Assembly: GCA_965205975.1 (NCBI GenBank)
Contig: OZ242195.1
Span: forward strand, 1,344,001-1,408,000
DNA: 64,000 bases
Direction of reading: 5' to 3'
Origin: Candidatus Latescibacterota bacterium
GTDB lineage: Bacteria; Latescibacterota; UBA2968
Shown here: positions 47,975 to 56,343 of the stretch, piece by piece
Position numbering within the stretch: the stretch's first letter is position 1
Layout of the letters: every line of letters starts with the position of its first letter
Made by a program: the position numbers and the translations under genes
Notes under the pieces: generated by a model
Database searches by the model: none
Seen by the model: the letters and a program-made list of their open reading frames with translations, nothing else
What the model was told of the DNA's origin: nothing

Positions 47975-48405
47975 TTTCCTGTAGGAAGCCACGTCCTTTG
48001 GGCGTGGTCAGAGATAGTTGGCTTTGCCGTTAAGCCGTTTTGTAGGTATATTTCGCAGGTGCTATCGTAGCGCACACAAAGGCACTCTCTTTTGAGAGTA
48101 AACGGTTTCAGTGTGGGATAGCACACAAAACCCTCTCTGTGATGTTAGTTGAGAGGCAGATTTGGCAACAACAGCGGTATGGATTGCGGTTGTGTTGTCG
48201 TCAAATCTGATGGGCACAGTTAGGGGCCTGACCTCCCAAACCTGCGGTAGCAATCCGCTGCTGTCAACTGCCCTGAAGTCTCGCCACGCAGTGAGCGGTT
48301 TAAACCTAAGCCCTTGCTCGGATATGCTGCATTGCCTCCAATGGGTGGGTCAAGCACCTGGGGTGTGGCAGGGACAAGCCACCTGCTCAGCAGGTGGTGG
48401 TTGAC
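47975..48405 (+). mobile_element. non-autonomous IS200/IS605-family element (PATE-like), no tnpA or tnpB
   Basis: Left end TCAC|...GAAG plus hairpin CCACGTCC-TTT-GGGCGTGG; right end CAAG plus hairpin CCACCTGC-TCA-GCAGGTGG...TTGAC|; both guide/cleavage pairs fit the IS608-type rule. Confidence 0.8.
48024..48052 (+). promoter_or_regulatory. internal sigma70-type promoter of the element
   Basis: TTGCCG-17 nt-TATATT, 6 nt before the first stem. Confidence 0.6.
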
Positions 48406-48425
48406 GAATCACTAACTTGTCGAAA
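48058..48425 (+). ncRNA. candidate extended omegaRNA/reRNA with 3' guide
   Basis: Multiple stems; GTCAAC(48263)/GTTGAC(48400) and CCCTG/CAGGG scaffold closure; putative guide GAATCACTAACTTGTCGAAA. Confidence 0.65.
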
Positions 48426-48501
48426 CTCAGTGAGACATTTGCGCGTCTTATTGCAATCGGATATCAGCAAGTCATTTTAATACAGTTATCTGGAGGATTT
48501 T

Positions 48502-50265
48502 ATGCGAAAGAAAATAGGTCGAATTTTGGCCTGGATTGGTGGGATTACGGTTGGGCTGGTCGTCCTGACCGTCTTGTCAATTGTATTGCTATCTGGCGAA
48601 GATCCCGTGCCCGATCAGGTGATTTTGGAGATCAACCTGGAGCAGGGGGTTGCGGAGTATGTACCCGAAGATCCATTTGCAAAGTTAATCTCAGACGATG
48701 TGCGCTCGCTACGCGATGTGGTAGGTGCTTTAGACGCGGCGGCTTTAGATGACCGCGTTGTGGGGTTGCTGGCCCGAGGGGGCGGAGCACCGATGGGCTT
48801 TGCGCAGGCACAAGAGATAAGAGATGCGGTTCTGGATTTTGGAAAAAGCGGAAAACCCACCGCGATTTTTGCCGAGACATTTGGCGAATTTGGATCGGGA
48901 AATGTCGGATATTATCTGGCGACAGCATTTGAGCACATCTATCTTCAGCCCTCGGGTGATGTGGGTTTGATCGGACTGGCAATGGAGCATCCCTTTGTGA
49001 AGGGAACATTGGATTCGCTTGGGATTGGTGTGCAGATGGATCACCGGTATGAGTATAAAAATGCGATGAACCTATATACCGAAACCGAATTTACAGATGC
49101 GCATCGCGAGGCGAGTGAGGTACTTTTGAAGTCGATGGTCGATCAGATGGTCCTGGGGATTTCACAAGGGCGAGATACAACGCCCGAAGCCGTGCGCGAT
49201 CTCATTAACCGCGGACCTTTTTTGGCCTTATCTGCCCATGCCGAAGGCCTGGTAGATAGCCTGGCGTATTGGGATGAAGTGCGCGACCTGGTGAAGCGCG
49301 AGCATGGCGAAGATACCAAATGGTTGGATATAAAAAATTATCTCAAGCGCATTGATGAAAAACCTTATGGTGAAGGGACAAAGGTGGCGTTGATATACGG
49401 CGTGGGACCTGTGCTTCGCGGGAAGAGTGCCTACGATCCCTTATATGGGTCTGCTACAATGGGCGCGAGTACCCTGACCAAAGCTTTTCGCGATGCTGTG
49501 AAGGATAAGGATGTACGTGCAATTTTGTTTCGAATAGACTCTCCCGGTGGGTCTTACGTTGCTTCTGACGCGATCTGGCGCGAGGTTGCCAAAGCTAAGA
49601 AGGCCGACAAACCAGTAGTTGTATCAATGGGTAATGTGGCCGGTTCTGGGGGATATTTTGTGGCGATGAATGCCGATAAAATTGTGGCGCAACCCGGTAG
49701 CATCACGGGATCCATTGGGGTATTAGCGGGAAAGTTTGTGACAACTGAGTTTTGGGAACGTCTGGGCATAACCTGGGATACGGCGCAAGTGGGAGAAAAT
49801 GCGCTGATATGGAGCACGGGTGTAGAATTTACACCCGAACAATGGGCGAGATTTCAGACGTGGTTAGACCGCATTTACGAAGATTTCACGGCAAAGGTGG
49901 GCGAAGGACGCAATATGTCACGGGCCGATGTTCACGCTGTGGCAAAGGGACGAATCTGGACAGGGGAGGATGCAAAATCGCACGGTCTGGTCGATGAATT
50001 GGGCGGCATGAAGACCGCGATGCGTCTGATTCGGGAGGCATTGGAATTGGAAGCTGATGCATCTCTCAACCTCGTGGTATTTCCGAAAGAAAAGACGTTA
50101 ATAGAACAGGTGATGGAAAAAGGCCTGATCCGCACGATGAGCAATGGCGATGCGCTGGTGAGACTCATCACAGAGTTGCAACCCGTTTTTCGCTTTGCGC
50201 GCACAGTGGGGCAGCCGCGACAGGTTTTGGAGATGACACCCGTAGATATTCGGTTAGACGAATAG
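48502..50265 (+). CDS. sppA: signal peptide peptidase SppA (67K type)
   Basis: YYLATA, EYKNA, RIDSPGGS, SMGNVAGSGGY, ITGSIGV, GRIWTG. Confidence 0.95.
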   Translation: MRKKIGRILAWIGGITVGLVVLTVLSIVLLSGEDPVPDQVILEINLEQGVAEYVPEDPFAKLISDDVRSLRDVVGALDAAALDDRVVGLLARGGGAPMGFAQAQEIRDAVLDFGKSGKPTAIFAETFGEFGSGNVGYYLATAFEHIYLQPSGDVGLIGLAMEHPFVKGTLDSLGIGVQMDHRYEYKNAMNLYTETEFTDAHREASEVLLKSMVDQMVLGISQGRDTTPEAVRDLINRGPFLALSAHAEGLVDSLAYWDEVRDLVKREHGEDTKWLDIKNYLKRIDEKPYGEGTKVALIYGVGPVLRGKSAYDPLYGSATMGASTLTKAFRDAVKDKDVRAILFRIDSPGGSYVASDAIWREVAKAKKADKPVVVSMGNVAGSGGYFVAMNADKIVAQPGSITGSIGVLAGKFVTTEFWERLGITWDTAQVGENALIWSTGVEFTPEQWARFQTWLDRIYEDFTAKVGEGRNMSRADVHAVAKGRIWTGEDAKSHGLVDELGGMKTAMRLIREALELEADASLNLVVFPKEKTLIEQVMEKGLIRTMSNGDALVRLITELQPVFRFARTVGQPRQVLEMTPVDIRLDE

Positions 50266-50355
50266 ACGAATAGACGAATAGACGAATAGACGAACCCCAC
50301 CCAACCACTCCAAGTTAGTCAGAACTGCGTCGCTGATTCGTAGATTCGCTGATTC
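50255..50355. repeat. octamer-arm repeat element, copy B (inverted relative to copy A)
   Basis: (TAGACGAA)5 - CCCCACCCAACCACTCCAAG core - (GATTCGYW)~3. Confidence 0.85.
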
Positions 50356-50367
50356 AAGGAGGGCATT

Positions 50368-51120
50368 ATGATTACTGCAGATTTTGAAGCGTATTTGACA
50401 GATGATTGGTATGGGCAGCAGATAACGGTTGACGCTTTGCTGGAATGTGAGGCCGAAGCGGGATTTGAGATGGCGGTGGTCATGCCGCAGACCAAACCCG
50501 TTCCAGATAATGATGGGTTGCTCGACAAGACAGCGGGACACCCCCAGCTTTTGCCCTGTCCGCTCGTGGATCCACATTGGGGCGAAGAAGGAATTTCCGC
50601 TTTGAAGACGTATGTCGATCGCGGTGCTCAGGGCGTGAAGTTAATGGGTGCTATTCACAAATACAATGTGGATGATCCCATGGTCATTCCTTTTGTTGAG
50701 ACGGCGCGCGATCTGGGGATTGTGGTATCGATTCATTCTGGGCGCGACAACTGCAGTGCTGAGCGCATTGGCAATGTGGCGCGACAAGTGCCCGGCGTGC
50801 CAATTATTATGGACCACATGGGCTTTCCCGATGGGTTTGATACAGCCCTTGATGTGTGCAGAGAATGTCCCGATGTTTATCTGGGCACAACGATTCTGAG
50901 ATTTCACAAGTTGTGGGCTATTAATCCCGAAGAAACCGTGCCGCATGAGGTCAAACAGGCTGTTGAAGAATTGGGACCCGAACGGATTGTTTTTGGGTCC
51001 AATTTGCCGGAATATCGCCCGATTCAGGTCAAGCGAGCAATTCAGCGATTGGAATTGGGTAACGAAGCGGAAGCACTGATCTTTGGAGGTAATTTGGGGC
51101 GGATTTATGGCATTGAATGA
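50368..51120 (+). CDS. amidohydrolase family protein (Amidohydro_2-like)
   Basis: GVKL, IHSG, IMDHMG, RIVFGSNLP, IFGGNL. Confidence 0.85.
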   Translation: MITADFEAYLTDDWYGQQITVDALLECEAEAGFEMAVVMPQTKPVPDNDGLLDKTAGHPQLLPCPLVDPHWGEEGISALKTYVDRGAQGVKLMGAIHKYNVDDPMVIPFVETARDLGIVVSIHSGRDNCSAERIGNVARQVPGVPIIMDHMGFPDGFDTALDVCRECPDVYLGTTILRFHKLWAINPEETVPHEVKQAVEELGPERIVFGSNLPEYRPIQVKRAIQRLELGNEAEALIFGGNLGRIYGIE

Positions 51121-51173
51121 AGTGTGAAATGTGAAATGTGAAATGAGGGCGGCCTGTGGGCACGCCCTTTTTT
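51118..51173 (+). repeat. heptamer tandem (GTGAAAT)3 plus terminator
   Basis: TGAAGT-GTGAAAT-GTGAAAT-GTGAAAT, then GGGCG..CGCCC-T run. Confidence 0.7.
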
Positions 51174-51274
51174 GTTTTTTACCTATTATTTGTGTGTATC
51201 GGTGGTCATTGGTGGTTTTTTTCTGATTTTACTTGATTTTTTTTTGTAAACTTGTTTAAATTTTTGGCTTTGAT

Positions 51275-51298
51275 TTTCATCTGCGTCCATCTGCGGAT
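51275..51298 (-). repeat. ATCCGCAGAT repeat copy 5
   Basis: Reverse complement reads ATCCGCAGATGGACGCAGATGAAA. Confidence 0.75.
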
Positions 51299-51341
51299 AA
51301 ACAGATTTTGATTTTTTTACTCACAGGAGGTTAGTTCCAGA

Positions 51342-52286
51342 ATGATTCGAGTTGAGAATTTGGAGAAGTACTACGGCGACATTCATGCACTTAAGGGCAT
51401 TGATTTTGAGATTGACGACGGAGAAATCGTCGGGTTCCTGGGTGCAAATGGCGCGGGTAAATCTACGACATTGAAAATCATGACGGGCTTTTTAGCACCA
51501 AGTGCTGGCAATGTATTTATAGACGATCTGAATATTCAGGACAATTCGCTGGATATTCGCGAGCAAATCGGCTATTTGCCCGAAATGAATCCCCTGTACG
51601 GGGAAATGAGAGTGTATGACTATCTCGAGTTTATATCTCAAATTCGCGGTATAGACGCAGGAGAGTTCAAACCAGCTTTGGATCGCGTGGTCGAACAATG
51701 TGGTTTGCGCGATGTGATTCATCTGCCCATCTCTGCGTGTTCAAAGGGTTATAAACAGCGCGTCGGGCTGTCTGCCGCGATTTTGCACGATCCCAAGGTG
51801 TTGATCTTTGATGAGCCGGTCTCCGGGCTGGATCCCAACCAGATTGTGGAGATTCGGAATCTGATTCGAGAATTGGGTCAGCAGAAGATGGTGATTATCT
51901 CCAGTCATATTTTGCAAGAGATTGAAGCTACTGTGGATCGCATTGTAATTATTGATCACGGCGAAATTGTGGCCAATGGGACAAGTCAAGAATTGATGGC
52001 GGGATTTATGGGTCGCACGCAACTGACGCTCGATGTAAAATACGCCAATGAAGAGAGTCTCGCTGCGTTGCCCAACAGCGTTAATGAGATCGAAGTTGCA
52101 AATATAGAGGTGGTCGATGGCCACTGTGTTCTGTCGATAGAATACGCCCGTGAGATGGATCCTCGCGAGGCGATTTTTGATTATGCCAAAAACAGTGGCT
52201 GGGCGATTTTGGAGATGACACAAAAACAAGTTCTCCTCGAAGATGTGTTCCGCGGATTGACAGGAGAAGGAGGGAGCGATGAATAA
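51342..52286 (+). CDS. ABC ATP-binding protein, GldA-like
   Basis: GANGAGKST, SKGYKQRVG, DEPVSGLDPNQ. Confidence 0.92.
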   Translation: MIRVENLEKYYGDIHALKGIDFEIDDGEIVGFLGANGAGKSTTLKIMTGFLAPSAGNVFIDDLNIQDNSLDIREQIGYLPEMNPLYGEMRVYDYLEFISQIRGIDAGEFKPALDRVVEQCGLRDVIHLPISACSKGYKQRVGLSAAILHDPKVLIFDEPVSGLDPNQIVEIRNLIRELGQQKMVIISSHILQEIEATVDRIVIIDHGEIVANGTSQELMAGFMGRTQLTLDVKYANEESLAALPNSVNEIEVANIEVVDGHCVLSIEYAREMDPREAIFDYAKNSGWAILEMTQKQVLLEDVFRGLTGEGGSDE

Positions 52287-52992
52287 TGTGATGGCGATTT
52301 ATCGCAAAGAAGTCGGCGCGTATTTCAAGAGTCCCATGGCGTATATTTTCCTGGTGTTTTTCGCCCTGTTTAACGGCTATTTCTTTAGCAACACGTTCTT
52401 CCTGTTCAGTCAGTCCGATATGCGGGCGTTATTTAATATTACGCCGATGATTTATCTGATTTTTGTGCCCGCGGTCACGATGGGGGTGCTTGCGCGAGAA
52501 AAAAGTGCGGGCACATACGAGTTGATGGCGACACTTCCGATTAAAAATTTTGAACTTGTGATTGGGAAGTATTTGTCCGCATTTACCCTGGTGTTGGCCG
52601 GGTTGGGTTTTACGCTGATACATTTTTTCACGCTTTTGGTCGTTGGTACAAATATCGACTACGGCGGCATAATCTGTGGGTATTTGGGACTGGCTCTGGT
52701 AGGTGCATTTTACGCAGCTATTGGCACGTTCACAAGTAGTTTGACAGATAATCAGGTCGTTGCATTTATTCTCGCTGCGGTATTTGTTTTGGGATTTTAT
52801 CTTCTCGACAAATTGCTGATTTTTGTGCCGGTGGCGCTTGCTGGGCCCATTCAGTTTATGGCGGTCGATTACCATTTGTCCAATATGTCGCGTGGGGTTG
52901 TCGATTCCCGCAATCTGGTGTATTTCGGATCGCTGATATGGTTGTTTTTGGCGCTTACAGTGCGCGTCATTGATATGCGGAAGTGGAGGTGA
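52279..52992 (+). CDS. ABC-2 permease, GldF-like
   Basis: YFKSPMAY, EKSAGTYEL..LP, SSLTDNQVVAF, RGVVDSR. Confidence 0.9.
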   Translation: MNNVMAIYRKEVGAYFKSPMAYIFLVFFALFNGYFFSNTFFLFSQSDMRALFNITPMIYLIFVPAVTMGVLAREKSAGTYELMATLPIKNFELVIGKYLSAFTLVLAGLGFTLIHFFTLLVVGTNIDYGGIICGYLGLALVGAFYAAIGTFTSSLTDNQVVAFILAAVFVLGFYLLDKLLIFVPVALAGPIQFMAVDYHLSNMSRGVVDSRNLVYFGSLIWLFLALTVRVIDMRKWR

Positions 52993-52994
52993 TC

Positions 52995-54503
52995 ATGCCT
53001 GTTATTGATTCCAAAAAGAGCTTTGTGATTTTTATTGTGGTGGCTATCGCACTCGTGGCACTTGGTAATCTGGTTTCTCGCAATTTTTTCTTTCGGCTGG
53101 ACCTGACGGAGAATCGGATTTATTCGCTGTCGTCATCGAGCAAGGTGATAATCGAGAAAATTGACGATTTTTTGACTGCTAAAGTCTATTTTTCCGAAAA
53201 TTTGCCAGGGCAATACGGCAATACGCGGCGGTATTTGCAGGATATACTGGAAGAATACGCCGCGTATTCAGACGGCAATTTCCGGTTTGAATTTTACAGA
53301 CCCGATGACGATGAACAATTGGCGCTTGATGCGCAAAAGTCCGGTATTCAGCCCGTGCAATTGCAGGTACTCGAAAACGACAAGTTTGAGGTGAAGCGCA
53401 TTTATATGGGAATGGTGCTGCTCTACGGCGACAAACGAGAGGTGTTGCCGGTTATTCAAACGACTACGGGGCTGGAATACGAGATTACAACGCGAATTAA
53501 AAAACTGGTTGACGATAACCGCTCTGTAGTTGGAGTAGCGAATACCGGGGCTTCGGCACCGGCAATGGAGCGAGTGAGTGCGCGACTTCGGGAAGCCTAT
53601 GATGTGCGCTCGGTCTTTTTAAGTGCCGGCGTGCCCGACGATGTTGAAATGTTGCTCGTCAATGGGGTTGTCGATTCCCTGTCTGAAGATGCACTCGGCG
53701 CGCTGAGGAACTATATCAACTCGGGAGGCAATCTGTTTTTGGCGCAAAGCAAGATCAATGGCGATCTTCAAGCGCAACGCGGAACACCCATTGAGTCCAA
53801 TATTTTCGAGGCGCTCGAACCCTTTGGCGTGAGCCTGGCTGACAATCTGGTAATGGATCGGATTTGTGGCACAGTGACGGTGTCACAGCAGCGCGGATTT
53901 TTGCGTTTTAATTCGGCGGTGGAGTATCCATTCTTTCCCGTATTACAATCTTTTCCCGATCACGAAATTGTCAGTGGCTTAGAGCAGGTTCAGATGTTGT
54001 TTTCCAGTGAGATTGTTTACGATACGGCTGATTCAACGCGTCTTGTGAAGCCGTTGTTGGTCACGTCAGACCATTCGGGCGCAGCGGCCGGGTTTATCAA
54101 TCTCAACCCCATTCAAAATCAGGCATTTCAATCGCTCAACGAACCGGGCAAGGTGGTGGGAATCTATGCGGCAGCTACCTCAGATAGCCTGGAAAATGTG
54201 ATGAGCCAATTGGTGCTGGTGTCGTCCTCCGATTTTCTACTCGACAGCGGGGGAGGACAGGTGCCAGCCAATGGGATCTTTGTGATGAATACAGTGGATG
54301 TGCTCATTGGCGACCGCGACCTCGTGGCTTTGAGATCGCGTGAGATTACAACGCGACCGTTGCAAACTGTGGAGGATACGACTCGAACCACTGTGAAAAC
54401 CCTCAATATTGTGCTGCCCGTGCTGCTGGTCATTGTTTTAGGCCTGGTACAGTGGCGGCTTGTGGTGGCGCGTGCAAAGCGATTGGAGGCACTCTATGAG
54501 TAA
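52995..54503 (+). CDS. GldG-family ABC auxiliary component
   Basis: RLDLTENRIYSLS, LEYEIT..I, LRSR...RPL plus C-terminal TM. Confidence 0.9.
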   Translation: MPVIDSKKSFVIFIVVAIALVALGNLVSRNFFFRLDLTENRIYSLSSSSKVIIEKIDDFLTAKVYFSENLPGQYGNTRRYLQDILEEYAAYSDGNFRFEFYRPDDDEQLALDAQKSGIQPVQLQVLENDKFEVKRIYMGMVLLYGDKREVLPVIQTTTGLEYEITTRIKKLVDDNRSVVGVANTGASAPAMERVSARLREAYDVRSVFLSAGVPDDVEMLLVNGVVDSLSEDALGALRNYINSGGNLFLAQSKINGDLQAQRGTPIESNIFEALEPFGVSLADNLVMDRICGTVTVSQQRGFLRFNSAVEYPFFPVLQSFPDHEIVSGLEQVQMLFSSEIVYDTADSTRLVKPLLVTSDHSGAAAGFINLNPIQNQAFQSLNEPGKVVGIYAAATSDSLENVMSQLVLVSSSDFLLDSGGGQVPANGIFVMNTVDVLIGDRDLVALRSREITTRPLQTVEDTTRTTVKTLNIVLPVLLVIVLGLVQWRLVVARAKRLEALYE

Positions 54504-55086
54504 TTTAAAATGGCTTCTCATCGGGATTGCAGTACTGCTGGGTCTTTACGCACTTTTACAGGTCAGAGAGAGCGGATATACGACCCCTTCAGGCCTGGTC
54601 TTTCCCGAAAATACTGATGATATTTACAAGGTTGAAATGACGGCAGAGGGCGATAGCCTGACGCTGCAAAAGAAGGATCTGGAGTGGACGATTGTGGGAC
54701 ACGATACTCTGAAAGTTCGGGACCATCGGATCACGGCACTATTTGAGCAGGTACTAAAGGTGAGTCGCGAGACCCCGATGACAGACAACTCCGACAACTG
54801 GTCTAAGTATGCCGTAGATGACGCGGCGGGAACCCATATCAAGATCTATAATGCGATGGATGAGTTGCTCGCGCACGCAGTATTTGGCAGATCAAGCACC
54901 GATTGGGCGCGCAATTACGTGCGGATTGGCGATGGTCCTGAGGTGTATTTGACGGATCGAAGTATTGTCTATCAGGTGAGCACCGATGCGACATTCTGGG
55001 GCGAAAAACCCCCAGAACCCGCGCCAGCAGCGGTAGATTCCGCAGATGTAGCCCCCGATTCTACCAGATCGGAGAATGGGGAATAG
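54496..55086 (+). CDS. DUF4340-like protein
   Basis: N-terminal TM, YVR..D..EVYL motif; fourth gene of the gldAFG-like operon. Confidence 0.75.
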   Translation: MSNLKWLLIGIAVLLGLYALLQVRESGYTTPSGLVFPENTDDIYKVEMTAEGDSLTLQKKDLEWTIVGHDTLKVRDHRITALFEQVLKVSRETPMTDNSDNWSKYAVDDAAGTHIKIYNAMDELLAHAVFGRSSTDWARNYVRIGDGPEVYLTDRSIVYQVSTDATFWGEKPPEPAPAAVDSADVAPDSTRSENGE

Positions 55087-55118
55087 ACGCACAGGCAACG
55101 GGTCATAGTAAAAATCAA

Positions 55119-55153
55119 AAAAGGGTCACGGTTTAAATCACTGTGACCCTTTC
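55119..55153 (+). terminator. rho-independent terminator
   Basis: AAAGGGTCACGGT/ACTGTGACCCTTT stem. Confidence 0.7.
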
Positions 55154-55325
55154 TCATTCATTTCGATCCATTCTCTTTACCTCTGACACACTGGTGCCTG
55201 AACCCAGATAGGGGTCAAGATCACGATAAAAAATGAAGAATTTTGAGATTGGAAAGGATGAACACAAGAGGTATATTGGCACAAATTTATCATAATTTTG
55301 CCTCTATCGCTAACCACTGAAATCT

Positions 55326-56285
55326 ATGGCTAAACAAATAAGAAAAAAAGGCTTTTGTGCCTACTATCTGGGCGGTCTGTTTGTCAGGATGAGCGATAAC
55401 AACCTCTTTTTGCTCTGTGCTGGGTTGGCCTTTGCTACTCTTTTGTGTCTTGTGCCTCTGGTCTTTCTGGTCTTCTTTGTACTTGAAGCCATTCTGGACA
55501 TGAGGGCGATAGCTCACCTGGTCAATCAAACGGTGGATGTACTCATACCATATCCAGAAGAGGCCGAGTATCTAAAGGAGGTTTTATCTGCGCGCGTCTC
55601 AGGCGTCATGACCTTCAAGGAGGCTTATGGGGTTTCGGGTTTGCTGATTTTGATAGTGAGTGCCAGTAGTCTGTTCAGTAGCATGAGAACCTTGCTCAAT
55701 GCAGTCTTTAAGGTTGAGCACAGTTTAGGACCGAAAGAGGGCGAGATAGATCCTATCGCGGTGGGACAGTTAAAAAATATGGGTAATCAAGGACGCTGGA
55801 TAAAATTCTTGCAAGGGATTTTGCCGATAGCAGTGGGCAAATTTAAAGATCTCACTATGGTGCTTCTGGTAATATATATTTTTCTCCTATTGGTCCTCGC
55901 ATTGCCCATCCTATCTGCCGTCATCGACATCGCTCCGTCTCTCCTGCACGCTTATGTGACCTACTTCTATGGTCTTACTTCCCTCGCCTTGATTTTTGCA
56001 GTCTTTCTGGGGTTATACTGGCTACTCCCATACCAGAAAATCCAGATAAAGATGCTGGTTATAGGTGCATTTTGGGCCGCTTTGCTGTGGAAACTCACCG
56101 AATGGGTCTTTGGGTATTACCTGAGCCAATTCGCCTCTATATCGTATCTGTACGGGGCTTATGTTCTGTTAGTGGTCGTAGCTTTGTGGATATACTTTTC
56201 GGCGATTATTTTTATTGCAGGTGCTCAGATCGCCCAACTCTGTCGCGAAAGGCCATCTGCTGATCTTCAAAGTTCTTTGTTTTAA
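55326..56285 (+). CDS. YihY/BrkB family membrane protein
   Basis: AGLAF..LL.LVP, LYWLLP, LYGA, LWIYFSA.I...GA. Confidence 0.88.
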   Translation: MAKQIRKKGFCAYYLGGLFVRMSDNNLFLLCAGLAFATLLCLVPLVFLVFFVLEAILDMRAIAHLVNQTVDVLIPYPEEAEYLKEVLSARVSGVMTFKEAYGVSGLLILIVSASSLFSSMRTLLNAVFKVEHSLGPKEGEIDPIAVGQLKNMGNQGRWIKFLQGILPIAVGKFKDLTMVLLVIYIFLLLVLALPILSAVIDIAPSLLHAYVTYFYGLTSLALIFAVFLGLYWLLPYQKIQIKMLVIGAFWAALLWKLTEWVFGYYLSQFASISYLYGAYVLLVVVALWIYFSAIIFIAGAQIAQLCRERPSADLQSSLF

Positions 56286-56289
56286 AATA

Positions 56290-56323
56290 AAGAAGCCGAG
56301 TTTTTTGAAAAACTCGGCTTCTT
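56290..56323. terminator. bidirectional terminator
   Basis: AAGAAGCCGAGTTTTT/AAAAACTCGGCTTCTT inverted repeat between convergent genes. Confidence 0.8.
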
Positions 56324-56343
56324 TATTAATTTGCCCACAACAC

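Noticed and set aside
48162..48404. 80-aa ORF inside the element
   Set aside because: TTG start without RBS and no RuvC or Zn-finger motifs; better explained as structured RNA
47975..48405. IStron (group I intron-IS605 hybrid)
   Set aside because: The element ends in C (TTGAC) rather than a terminal G, lies between genes, and shows no recognisable group I P7 core
50321..50329. Possible in-window target of the putative guide (ACTAACTTG on the minus strand)
   Set aside because: Only 9 nt match, no adjacent TCAC, and the TAM-proximal seed does not match
18403..50355. CRISPR array interpretation of the short repeats
   Set aside because: Units are 7-10 nt tandem repeats without unique spacers; no cas genes in the window
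51342..55086. Evidence of gliding motility
   Set aside because: GldAFG-like ABC operons are widespread in non-gliding bacteria; no motor or T9SS genes here
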